Assembly (NCBI GenBank): GCA_009103225.1
Contig: RHPI01001116.1
Coordinates: 763,267-827,266 of the forward strand
Reading direction: 5' to 3'
Source: Chlorokybus atmophyticus
Taxonomy: Eukaryota > Plantae > Mesostigma and Chlorokybus algae
Length of the DNA: 64,000 bases
A program made the translations under genes and the position numbers. Each line of letters begins with the position of its first letter. The first letter of the stretch is position 1. Shown piece after piece: positions 25,301 to 37,700 of the stretch. The notes under the pieces were generated by a model. The model saw only the letters and a list, made by a program, of their open reading frames with translations, was not told where the DNA came from and searched no databases.

Positions 25301-27677
25301 TAATCACCAAAGAACATTGCACCCGTCAAGCCCGGGAACTTGCTGCCGCGGTAGAACTGCACACCCGTGGAGGCAGCAGACTTGAACCCCCTGAACCACA
25401 CACAACCACTCATGACGGCACCATACGCACCCACACACCCACACGTGCGAACACCCGCGTGCATGAACACGAACACGTACATGCGCGCGTGCACACATGC
25501 AGCCACTCTACGTGTGCCTGTGCGGAGAACGCGCACACCCACACCCAAACCCACACACAACACCAACTCCATCCCCTTTTCTTACTTGGCAGCGAGCGTG
25601 CACCCATTCTGCATGTTGGTGGGCAGCATGGCATGTTTCCACGCAAAGTAGGGCGGCGTCCCGAACGACGGCTGCCCAGAGTACAGCTTGTTGCACAGGG
25701 CCAGGTTCACGCTCTGGTAACCGGCCTGGACGCCGTCGCCCTCGTAGCAGGGCCAACCTGAACGCAAGGTGCAGGTATGTGTGGTGAGGGGGGCAGAAGA
25801 GAGTGGAAGGATAGATCGGTATGAGTAATCCTCCAACACAACACGTATGTACGACTTGGAGCCAAAGCATAGAGCCAGTAGCCAGTAGGTCAGGCGTGTT
25901 ACTGATGGCTACTGGTAGCAGCAGGTTGGTTGTGGGTATCGTAGCCAGTAGGTTAACTGCTTGTGCACAAGTGCTGCTGCCAGTAGCAGCAAGCTACACG
26001 CCTTTACTGGTTGTCCCAGCGCAATGTACCAGTAGCGATGCTACTGGCATTAGCGCTAGTGGTGCAAGTAGTAGCGCCTACTACTGGCAACAAGCCTCAA
26101 TGCCGATAGCACTGCTGTGGTAGCATTGCTGCCAAAACCAAACCACTACCGCCAGCCACTGCAATACCAAACATAGCATACATTGCACCTGTGCTCCACT
26201 CACCCAAGTTGACTGCGGCCGTGTTTGCGAGCGGGTTCCTTAACACATTAATCTCCTCCCAATCATTCCACCCAACATCCCCGTGCCACAGCTCCGTCTG
26301 GTTGCTGCGGTTGCGACGCCACGTACCTCTGAACGGGTTACGAAACCCAAACCTGCGCGCGTACAGAGGGTGAGTGAGGATGGTACCTCTCATGTGTGGG
26401 TGTGGGTGTGCTTACGCGATGATGCGGCCCTTGTCGGGGCCGAGTCCCGCGCGCACGAGGGGGTTGTCCGGCATTGCGTTGCCGTTGTCGTCCAAACGGA
26501 GGAGCGTGCCGTCGTACGAACCAGACCAAGTAGGCGCCCTGTGAAAGAATACGTGTACGTGTGTGTGCGTGTATGTGCGCACGATACAGACGTGCACGCT
26601 GTGCCAATAGTACGCACACATGCAGGTACTACAACACACATTGTCACACACACATCACCTCCCCCACCTCCCCTTCCCCTCTCACCTCGTATTCAGTTGT
26701 TGCGACCGTAGCGCCCCTCCCTCCATGGTGATCATCCCCTCCACTTGATCCCCTCTCCAATCCCCACAATCACTCGCCAGCTGTCCATAATCCACGACAC
26801 TCGGGTTGGCCCCTTCCCCCGCCGACACGTACACGACCCCCTCATCGTCCACAAACACATCTCCAATCGAGTGAGTAAAAAACTCCTGACACCACTTGAG
26901 GTCTAACAAAACTTGTTCACTGGTTAGAACCGTGTTGTTGGGGGAGATGGTGAATTTTGATAGGCGGCCGTTGCAGAGGCAGTAGCGGTTGGAGCAGGTG
27001 CTGGAGCCGAAGTAGGAGGAGTAGAGGACGAAGAGGGTGAGGAGGGAGGAGGGGCCGGGGAGGGGTTTGAGGGCGAGGCCCAGGATGCCGCGGTCGTGGA
27101 AGGCGTTCACCTGAGGTGGGGGGAAGTGTTGGGTTGTTGATAGGGGGTAGTTGAGTAGATATGTGTGTATATGAGTATGTGTGCGCACGTGGTCGCGTGG
27201 GTACACACACATGAGCGCGTGCGCGTGCGCGTGTGTACGACTGCTCGCACACGTGTGTGAGCGCGCATGCAAGTGCGCGCACACGTGCCTGCGCGCGTGT
27301 GTGCGAGTGTGCGCGCGTGCATATGTCTGTGTGTGCGTATGTCCGTGTGTGCGTATGTCCGTGTGTGTTCAACATGTGGGTGAATGAGTACAACTCACTT
27401 GCTGGAAGAGATCCATGAGTAGCGTCGGGTTGTTATTATGATAAATATCTTGATGTACGTAAATCCGTCCCTTCTTCTCAGCAACAAAGGCGCGCCCATC
27501 CGGTGAGAAGCGCACGCACGTTGGCTCGTCGTGTCCCGTGAATATTGGCAACGCCGAGTACCCGGCTTGCCTAGCTGTGATGATCGCATGGACATTGCTC
27601 ACGAGTATTGTAGTGATGATGAAGGTGATGATGCATGTGGCGAGGAGGAAGTGGGGTGGAGGAGTTGCACGCCGCAT
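22341..27677 (-). CDS. Secreted PQQ-dependent sugar dehydrogenase (glucose/sorbosone dehydrogenase-like beta-propeller) + PKD + two DUF1349/ConA-like domains; 11 exons
   Basis: Signal-peptide-like MRRATPPPHFLLATCIITFIITTILVSNVHA. Propeller motifs: PTCVRFSPDGRAFVAEKKGRI, DRGILGLAL, WCQEFFTHSIG, EGGALRSQ, FGFRNPFR, GDVGWNDWEEIN, NLGWPCYEG, FFGDY. PKD: WDLNSDGVFGDS...YRTPGTYTVTLRLT. PDHEYYAYLEIRLEVT. Two repeats of W...DVG.VG..GS...G..DIW..DxFHYAY...N.DPWAKAGIMIR separated by a poly-Pro linker. All 10 introns read as GT-AG and preserve the frame. Confidence 0.9.
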
Positions 27678-29993
27678 GGTGGGAAGAGATAAGGGTGAGA
27701 GCTAAGGTGCTTGGTGATGGTTTATCTGGTCTGGTTAGGGGAGTGGCAGCCCTAGTGCTTGGTCTTGCTTACTGGTCATCTGCAAGAAGAAACAACGCTT
27801 GTGGAACTGAAGAGTGACTAGCAAGTGGGTCTGATGCTGACTGTGTGCGTTTATGTGCATTTGTGTGCATTTGATTTTGTTTCAGTGCCAGAATAATACC
27901 GATTGGCATATAGACTTGACACTCGCATTGTGCGTGAGGAATACTGCGGACCAGATTGCAAAGTGTTCTCAATAAGCCGACAACGCAAACAAACAAACAC
28001 CTCAATGCAGCCTTTGCTGAGGACGTTATGTGTAGTACACTTGACGCATGCACGCTCAGCAGGCAATGCGACCCCTTAGTCAGCAGCCTCATTCAATGTC
28101 TAACCTCCTGTCGACTCCTCCTTGATTCTTTCTCAAACCACAATACCCAACCCAACCCAAGTGCTGCGCCTCTGTTTCACCTGCTGCCGCCGCTACCACT
28201 GCTGTCGCTGTCCAGCCATCACTGGCTTCAATGACATACCGGTAGCAATCCACTCCACCGCGTAAACTACTTACTCACCCCTGAGCATCATCCTCAGCAT
28301 CAGCAGCGGCTGCGTCGTTGTTGTTGTCGTCCTTGCCGCCGCCCGCTGGCTTGCGTGGCAGGCGCCAGGCGGACGCTAACGCTAGTCTCGACAGCTTTGC
28401 ACGTTAGCAAGGCCTGGCTGGTTTGTCAACGTCGACGACTTGACCAATCTGCAAAGTCTGAATCCGGTGGGTACTTACCGAGATCAGAGGAATTGTATTA
28501 AGAAACTGAAAGCGTTTGTTTCATGCTATTATGCACAACTGGCGTGTGTCGGTCATTGGGCGGAGCGCGGGTCAGCACTTCATAGTAATATACTTTTAAA
28601 GATTGACGTCGTCATGACCCTACTGTTCGAGTAGGCCTTTTGTTTTAATAGGCCTACCGTTCCATTCGTTCGCGCATGCGCATGGCATGCCTGTCGCATA
28701 CGACAAGCCTGACTGGAATCTTCATCATGACTTTTGTGTCGATTCATGATTGGGTAGTCCCCTTTGAAGGAGGCCCCTTCGCTGACCAAGCGCGTGGCGG
28801 TGCGCGTGCGTTCCTTTGCCTTGCTTGGTCCCGCCAGTCAGCCTGCCGCCTAGTGGCTTGGCAAGCAGCTTTGCATGTCGTGTTGAAGGAGGCCTTTACA
28901 ACATCATGACGGCCTGTTGCTTCATCACGCAAGGTATAAAGTATAAGTCGTGTGTGGTAACACAATGGAGCAGTCACTGCGCACAACAAGCTCAACAAGC
29001 ATACAGTAGGTAAACTTGGCCAGCGCACTTTGATTACAAGCATATAGTAGGTAAACTTGGCCAGCGCACTTTAATTACAATAGGGACTTTACAAAGATAT
29101 GTGCTCTATGTGCACTATGTGCTAGTAGTAAATGCAAATAGAGCGGGGCAATAGGCAGCAATGGCAAGTAATAAGTGCGTATCAGCCAACAAACTCTTGA
29201 CTTTACATACTTGCTATAATGTTGCTTTGTTCCCACCTGATTTGCCTTTCTTGTTGCTTGTTGTGCTTTGGCGACAGGCACCGTTAGAGGCCACTCATTG
29301 TGCATCTGCTTGCAGCTTTACAAAGTCATAAGGAAACTTTATGCTACCGCTACACTAGTGCTCTATGTTCGTGCAGTGCGGTGTGTGGCCAGGCAGCAAG
29401 GATTTTGTATAACTGACCTGTGGACCAGCGAGGGACAGCAACCGGTACGTTGGTCCGCTTGTTAACGCATTTCCTTGCTGCTATACTCTGCCGGGTGGAG
29501 TATGGCAGCAAAGATTGCGCAGTGCATTGCAGTGAAATGCATCACTACACGATTAGTGCTGTGTAGGATGCAAAGCCCCCCGGCCCACTGGCACTCCCGC
29601 ACCAGCTGGCAGTCTTTATTGCGGCTGTAGGATAATGGTCTTTTATTGCATCAATCCAAAACTTGCGACTGCCGCAGTCGCAAGTCTTAGATTGCATAAG
29701 ATTGAATCTTATACAGCCCACTGCCCATGCAACAGTTGTGTCACTCGCAGGCATGCACGTCTATAACGATTGTAACGATTATGTGCAAAAAAAGACAAAA
29801 GACCAAGACTTACATACACAATTGCAATGCGCATGCACAATATAACTTTGCTTGACAGCATCTTTCATGCCTATCCATGAGTCATTATTATATCATTGCT
29901 ATATTATTTTAAAATCGATTGTAACCTGTCATTTGCTTTGTAATTAAAGTGCGTTTATTAGCTCTTTCATGAGATCCTTATGTTCAAGGGGGT

Positions 29994-30498
29994 TGTCACG
30001 AATTGGGATAAATTGTGACAGACCTCACTCATGGTGTCTTTTACTACCATAGCCTAGTGGTCGGGCCCCGATTGTTACAATGGTAACGGAGCTTGACGTC
30101 TCAGGTTCAATTCCCGTAGGGGACTGAGGCAGATCCAAGGCAAAAACAATAACATTTGGGGCGGCTTGCCCTAGGCTGGGCGCGGGATCACGACCTGCGC
30201 ACCGAGCCAGTTTAACCAAAGGCCGCGTGAGCGGTCGCGCGGCGATGGCAGGTCGCGCGGTGAGGGTGGCCGATCGGTCGGTCAGGACCGTTCATGGGCC
30301 GGATCCAACAGGCCGCGGGCACACCGATCGTGTTACGGCCGCAAACACGGCGACGTGGGCTAGTGCCTCATTGGATTATGAGGAACTCATGGGTTAAATT
30401 GGGGAGGAATGTCACGAATTGGGATAAATTGTGACAGACCTCACTCATGGTAGTGTCTTTTACTACCATAGCCTAGTGGTCGGGCCCCGATTGTTACA
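29994..30498 (+). mobile_element. TRIM (terminal-repeat retrotransposon in miniature), copy 1, complete with TSD
   Basis: LTRs at 29994-30079 and 30410-30498 (TGTCAC...GTTACA). PBS-like TGGTAACGGAGC follows the 5' LTR and PPT GGGGAGGAA precedes the 3' LTR. TSD GGGGT at 29989-29993 and 30499-30503. No coding capacity evident. Confidence 0.92.
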
Positions 30499-32524
30499 GG
30501 GGTAGTGAAAACTTTTAATATTATTCATCTTTGTTTTAAAGACTTAAATGTAGATAATGTAAATGCAATATGTAATACATTACACAACAGTTATAACACT
30601 AAAATACATACCGATAATGGCGGTCATAATTTTTAACACTTGCAACACTTATCTTTATATTAATGTCATGCATAAAGCTTCAACGTTTATCGTAAAAAGG
30701 ACAATGTTTTCGACATTATCAATACAATTATCACATGCATATAATTGAGTCGCACTTGTTATATTGACGTTGCTGACACCGATAGTGCCAAACAGCGGCA
30801 CTTTCTCATCAATGCAAACATTACCGTAGTGCCACGAAATCTTTGTAAAATAATCAATTTGGCAAAGGTACTATACGAAACCTGTGCTGTTTTTGAATGG
30901 CCGAGTTTATGCATCCATGACTTTAAACTAGAATGCATAGGTTAATGGGGTTTTAACGAATATTAATGAAAATTTTGTCGGCGCCTTTTATGAAGATTTC
31001 ACTACAGTAACAATGGTGATAGCATTGCATTCACTCACTATCTCTATTGTTTGCAATGGCGTAACCAGTGCCAAACCATTTGTGATAGTGCAAACCTTGC
31101 TATTGAAGTGCAGTGTTACCTCACGACCGCTATCAATGACAATGCACCATCTGCAATGTTGTAACGCCACTCGCTGTCGCTGTGCAATTGCATGAATCCA
31201 CATGCTCTGCGTTATTGTGATTGTGTCGCCATAGCGCATAGCCCGTGTGGGCAGGTAATTGACCACCAACAAGCATGTGTACTGCGTAGGCAGCTACGCA
31301 TGCTAGCATGTCATTGCATACACACTTTGTTGCATCATGCTGTTATGACGCATGCATGCATGCACTCATGCTAACTTCAGCACCATGCATACTCACCAAC
31401 ACATTACATTCAACACCGTCAGGCTATGTGGTACTTCTAACTTCATTACTTTAACATGCAACCCACAGCAGCAGACACTGTAGTAGTAGTACCTGCCACA
31501 CGCCCGCACGTGTGCATGTTTAGCGGGGAGGTTGAGAATAGTGCATCAAGATCTAAGACACTAATAGTTTGGGTGTGAATGAACAGTGTGTGTAGCCCGT
31601 GGTGGTGTATACAAACATGCTTGCATACGGTATGAGGTAACATGCACAAACAATTAACTAGTCAATCACACACATGACAACGGCAACCAAAACTTTTGAC
31701 CGGGGGGTGTAGTTTGTAAGCCAACCAACTAGCTCAACCACTAGCCTATGTGCGTGTGTGCAAATTCAGTGGGTAGCAAGGAGATGGCAAGGATAGTGTG
31801 GCAACCTGCAGCAGCCGAGGAGCGAGGAGAAAGGGTGTTGAGTGTGGGCGTGTATGGCGCTTGTGACAGCCTGAGGTGCAATGTGTGCAGCGTGCTGTGC
31901 GTGCGTGCTGGTGCAGCGCGACAACCCCGACAACCCCCGCGCCTACCGCCCCCACCTCACCGCCCAACTCTGCCACAACAACCACAACAACGACACACTG
32001 CGCCAGTCACAGTGACGCGATTAGGATTGGGTTTGTAGCCGTTAGTGCACATTGGTCAGCCCATCATCACAGATTGTGTTAACCGCAGATTTGCCAGCAG
32101 CACCGTCACTCACTCACACAAAATGCCATAGTCCATCACAACATGCATGTCTATGCATGTTGTGATGGACTATGCAGCAGCAAGTATCAGTGAGCAAGGT
32201 GGCATGCATGCTGATGCATATGTTGTTTTGTGTGTCATGCGCGTCTACCACCGCGCGCATATCCTGTATACAACAATGCCACACATGCGAAGCATGTATG
32301 ATACAACACCCCGTACACATGCGAACATCATACAAAAAAGTGCCGGAAGGCAACGTGCCAAGTATGCCGCGCGCACGCATGTACACATCATTGTCAACTT
32401 GTACAATAATGCATTGACAAAGTGGTGAAGCACTTATTTCATGCTGCCTGAGCATGCATGCACACACAATCATCAAGGACATCAAGGACAAGGCAGCAAG
32501 GCGCAATCAGATACCCTCAACACA

Positions 32525-32806
32525 AGCAACCACGGCGGTGTACATATATACACATATATATATGTATATATGTATACATATACTATATATATATGGTATA
32601 TGTATATATAACATGATATATAGATATATATATATATATATCATATATAACCACATATATATATATCGTGTATATATATACATGTACGATATGTATATAT
32701 ATATGTGTATACGATATATGTATATATATATACGTATTCGATATATATATATATACGGATTCGATATATATATACGTATACATATATATACATACATATA
32801 TATATA
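32525..32806. repeat. Degenerate (TA)n/(TACA)n low-complexity tract
   Basis: TATATA/TACATA runs. The Y/I-rich ORFs here are artefacts. Confidence 0.95.
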
Positions 32807-33261
32807 CAGTCTACCCTCGCTGTAATCACGCTCTTTCCTATGACATCCTCCCAGTAGTGACAATTTTTAAGCGAACCGATGTACATGTGGCAAAGTTCAA
32901 CCTTTTTAGTGACTATCACACTCGCTGCAAGGACCAATGGCGCCAGTAGGGAGCGTCATTATAAAGAGGGTATACATGATGGACTTCATTGATTGGGGTT
33001 TGCAATTTTGTAGGTGCAACGATTGGTGCAAAGCTTGCACCAACATTGCAAGCCACAACTAACCGCTGTCTCCATATAGTAACCAGCTGTCACTGCATAG
33101 CAAATATCAAATGTATAAATACCTCGCTACAATGACATTATGTTATTACAACGAGGTAATGCGGTCTAGTGACCACTGTTTTTACATCGAGGTAGTGACA
33201 TCCTCTATGTAGTGACAATTACGCTCAAAACATACGTGGTCACTACATTGAGGGTAGACTG
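32807..33261. mobile_element. Tc1/mariner-type MITE inserted in a TA microsatellite
   Basis: TIRs CAGTCTACCCTC (32807-32818) and GAGGGTAGACTG (33250-33261), each flanked by TA. Internal repeated GTAGTGACAATT motif. No ORF. Confidence 0.8.
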
Positions 33262-33668
33262 TATACGATATATATATACAAATATACATATATATATCGT
33301 ATGTATATGTAGTATTATATTGATGTTATAGTATAACAATGGTCTGATTGTCACTGCTCTGCAGCTGCGCACGAGCATGAGCGGGCGCTGGCGCTGGAGC
33401 GGGCGCTGGCGCTAGAGTTAACAGTCACTTGCTGTTGCTAATGTTGTTGCTCATGTTGTTGCTGAAGTTGTTAACTATGTAAGGCTTTGGGTAGGACGTC
33501 TGCAAATGTGTATTGTGACGTTGTATAGCTTTAGGTAGGGCATCTGCAAGTGTGTATAATTATGTGAGGTTCAACCATGCTGTTTGGAGTTTGAATGCCA
33601 AATCACAGCGCTATGAGCATGATCAATTGATAGTGTTAATCTTGGCACAATGGCATTATCTTTACGCC

Positions 33669-33965
33669 CATGCCAGCACTGGCACAAGAAGACCATGTGC
33701 CAGTGCTGGCATGCATGTGGTTCGGGTTTTGTGTTTTTAATACTTTTTTTCTTTAACTAGTACTGGCACAACTCGGCCGTGCCAGCTCTGACTCCATTTT
33801 CGGCATGCCAGCACTAGCACAACACTACTTGTGCCAGAGACCAATTTATGAATTAGCGACCGGTGCTGGCACAAGCGGTTTTGTGCCAGTTTTAAATGGT
33901 TTGGAGCCTAGGCCCGAAAACCCCGTGCCAGTACTGGCACAAACAGTTTGTGCCAGTACTGGCAC
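33669..33965. repeat. Cluster of (G)TGCCAG(T/C)ACTGGCAC palindromic motifs
   Basis: 18-bp stem CATGCCAGCACTGGCACA/TGTGCCAGTGCTGGCATG (33669-33713). The perfect palindrome GTGCCAGTACTGGCAC occurs twice at ~33924-33965, with further half-sites in between. Confidence 0.8.
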
Positions 33966-33974
33966 GGCCTGCAG

Positions 33975-34547
33975 GACCCATGTGTATATCATATATATAT
34001 ATATAGTATGTATATGTAGTATTATATATATGTGATATATATATATATACATCTCATATATATACATATATCGTATATATATGTATATATATATGCATAT
34101 ACACGCATATATACATATATACATGTACATATACATATCTATAAATGATATACGTATACATATACACATATATACATACATATATATACATATACATATA
34201 CATATATATATGATATATATAGATATATCGATATCGTATATATATTTATAGTATATATATTTATAGTATATATATATACATACACGTATATATATATGTA
34301 TATACATATATTTATATATATATACACATATACAGGTATATATATACATATATATATACTTGTACACATATATTTACACATATATGTATATATGTATATA
34401 TATACATGTACACATATATTTACATATATATGTATACATGTATGCGTGTGCGTGCGTGCGCGTGCACGCGCATGTGTGTGTGTGGCAACAAAGCCAAGAC
34501 TACGCATGTGCAAGCTACGTAAATATGTGTGCGTGTGTGTGCGTGTA

Positions 34548-34641
<94 letters not shown>

Positions 34642-34652
34642 CGTGCGTGTGA

Positions 34653-34684
<32 letters not shown>

Positions 34685-34720
34685 GTGCGCGCGTGTGTGT
34701 GTGTGGCAACAAAGCCAAAA
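33975..34720. repeat. TA-rich low-complexity tract followed by (GT)n/(GCGT)n microsatellites
   Basis: Direct inspection. Pure GT run at ~34551-34632. A duplicated GTGTGGCAACAAAGCCAA.A.TACGCATGTGCAAGCTA segment occurs near 34478 and 34700. Confidence 0.95.
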
Positions 34721-34772
34721 ATACGCATGTGCAAGCTACTTAGATAAGTGACTGCACAAATGACCAACTAAG

Positions 34773-37700
34773 CTATTCTCCAACATCTTTCCTGTTCTTG
34801 GGGCGCAGCACTTTAGTCAGCTCTGCTACAGTTAATGGTCTGGTGCCTTTGCCGTTTGCAGTTGGCTTTTGTTGCTCTTGCCGCTGCTGATGCAACTGTT
34901 GTGTTGCCATGTATTCGCTGATGTCCCGCAATGCCGCCAACTCCTTAACAGCTTTATACAGGACATTGCGCTTGCCGTATTGCTTGCGCATGCGCTCATC
35001 GCCGCAACGCCAAGTGGACTTGAACTTGTCATCCAAGTCGCGGAATGCCGGCCCACCATTTATGCCCATCGTGTATTCTTGCCACACCGCCACCACGGTT
35101 GGTAAGTCAATCTTCATTCTATACTTGGTGGGTACAGAGGTAGTGGCGACAAAAGGTGCTCATTGTCGAGTAACGTTATCGCCTGCTGCTGATGATGGAT
35201 CAGAAGCACGACTGGGATCATTGGCACGTGCGCGTTTGCGTGCCGGTGATGGTGCGGACGGTGCCTCTTCACGAGCAGCTGTTGATGCCACATCTGCAGG
35301 CAAAGACACCCCCATACCGGCACCTAGTTTTCGCACCAAGTCAGCCACAACCTTCACTTCTGCCTGTGTCGCCGCAAAGCCAGTGTCGATAGCTGTAATG
35401 ACACGATGGAGCTTGCAGGCGACGTCCACAATGCGGTCTTTAGTCACGGTCATCAATGCGTAGTTGCCGCGCATGATGTGCGCTAGCTGCGCGACCACAA
35501 CATTGACCTTAAGAACCATTAAAGGGACAAACACACATTGTACAACATCAAGTCAACCAAGCAGTTGTGTGTCATACCTACCCGGTCCGGGCAAATCTTC
35601 ATAATGCGGATTTGCTTCTTGCATAGACTGGTCGTGAGCGGCGACGACGGTGTTGGTTCACGCATTGAACTGTGGTGTGTTGAACAGATCGCGATCACAA
35701 ACTGATAGGTTTGTGCAGCCGTATGTGGTACCGTCGCGCAGCTGAACAACCTCGTTGCGCATGATGGCATCCTGATAAGCAATACACAACACTCACGGAC
35801 TGCACTTGTTGATAAAAATATACACATGCTTACATGTCCGATAACATCTCGCAGATAATCCAACATGAGAACATGCTTGTATGCAGCATAGTCTCGTACC
35901 TCGTCGGGACCATCGAAGCATCGCTGCAGGAATGCATGTGTAAAGCGTGTGCCAACAGTAATACACTGCGACAATTGGTTGCATGTTGCGAAGCAAACAC
36001 CTCTCAGAGTGAGCAAGTTATGTGCAAAGAAAATCCAACAAAAGGTACCTGCATGACAGAGGCAAGATGCTCCTTCAAATGTGGAAAGATGCACTTACGG
36101 ATGTTGTCGGGTAAGGGAAACCGTGACCGGGCAAGCACATGCTTATGCTCGTGACTCTGATGCCCATAACCCGATATTACAGCACAAGTACCCACATGGA
36201 GCTGTGTCACATTTATTGAAGTGCTCGTTGTTCCACCGCCCATTTGGCTTGATGCCCTCCTCACTTGCCCTATTAACTCAGTGCAAAATTGTGCACATCA
36301 TGATAATGGCGCAAAATAGTGCAAACTCAACCGGCATTCATGGCTTGCTGACTCGCTTCTTGCGCGGGGCATGTACTTTGGCGCGGCCGGTGACGATGCC
36401 ACATTTTCTAAATGCTTCGCAGGAGTTCAAGTATTGGGTTTGTAACTGATAGACTTTTCAGTCCTCTCCTTAGGAAACAATGGCTCACCATACCTGGATA
36501 CATTAACAAATAAGCATTGTATGCAAGCATGGTGCTATGCGCATGCCCGACCAGAATTGTCGCGATTCAAAAGAAGGAAATGGGCGTTGCGCGATGTGGT
36601 ACTTGTGGAAGAATGTGAATGCCAGCGCATTGTGCATGTCGCATATGGGATTCCAACGTCGCAACCCTCCGAAGTATTCAACATTGCCAATCTGCACACC
36701 AACATAATGAAATGGTTGTAACAGAAGTTGTACATGATTAAAGCTTAAGTCTTCTAACAAAATGCAAATGCACACCTTATTCATTTTGCCATTGCGCAAT
36801 ACAAAGCAGAGTATCACGCCTTGATCAGGTCCCAAGCACCGAGTCCCCACATCATACTTGTACAGGTCGCATTCTTCTGCTGCCCGGACAGCATCACCGC
36901 GCGATAGACAAGTATAACGCATTGCCAGATCCAACCTGCGCACGCAGAAAGAATCTGCCAATGTCGACGGTGACACTCCTCTTGATATACAATGTCTACA
37001 AGTTTGCAACCCCGCAACATAGCAGAGGGCATAGCAACTGCCGAGCTCTCAACGCAGCGGCTTGCTTCGCAATGTTGGTAGTGTTTGCACTTTTGTGAAG
37101 CCAATACTCGTTCATGCTCTGATACTGAGCAGGTGTGTAACTTTCTGCAGCCGTCGCAGCTAATCAATCCTTAAACTCCCTGGTGGTATAAGCAGATCAT
37201 ACTATTGACTTCAAGACAAGCATCAAACTTTGTGCAATCAAAATGACACTTACAGTTTGGCGGTTGCTGATATACTTTGCCGTGCGGTCTGCAGGATTCG
37301 TTGGATGATGGGAATGCTGCGCAAGTTAATTGTATAGAGCCATTGCCGTCTTGCATTGCCTGGTCTTTTGCGGCGTCCTGCAAACTCTTCATGCAGTTCT
37401 CCAACTTGTTCCATGCCCACTCGTGGTGCTCAGTCATGAAGCGTTCCACAATGCTTGCTTCAATGCGCATGGACAGTTGATGGCGAGTGTACCACTCCTA
37501 CAATTGTTCTATTCGTGAGACATTCAGATCCATAACAGTTCGCACTTGCCATTGTCTAGCATTACAAGTCTATACCCTCATACAATCGCAGTCCTCACTA
37601 ATATTTCACACTAGTATTGGCCGGGCGTTCTTTTTGTTATCGGTTCAATATATCTGTCACTGTTGGCACACGCGGTGCACAATTGCGGGATGAAGGCATC

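Noticed and set aside
9554-27677. Carbohydrate gene cluster (GH1, DPE2, TRX-f, sugar dehydrogenase)
   Set aside because: The products act in different compartments and pathways, and there is no evidence of co-regulation beyond the DPE2/TRX-f pair.
28996-29080. 41-bp tandem duplication
   Set aside because: An ordinary local duplication with no further structure.
29661-29685. 12-bp hairpin as a possible Helitron 3' end
   Set aside because: No properly spaced CTRR end and no 5' TC terminus was identified.
29994-30498. CRISPR-like or phage att repeats
   Set aside because: The context is eukaryotic. The repeats have TG...CA ends, a PBS, a PPT and a TSD, so they are LTRs.
32454-34767. Many Y/I-rich and C/V/H/T-rich ORFs in the ORF track
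   Set aside because: They are translations of TA and GT/CA microsatellites. The same applies to similar ORFs in introns at 10-13 kb and 23-27 kb.
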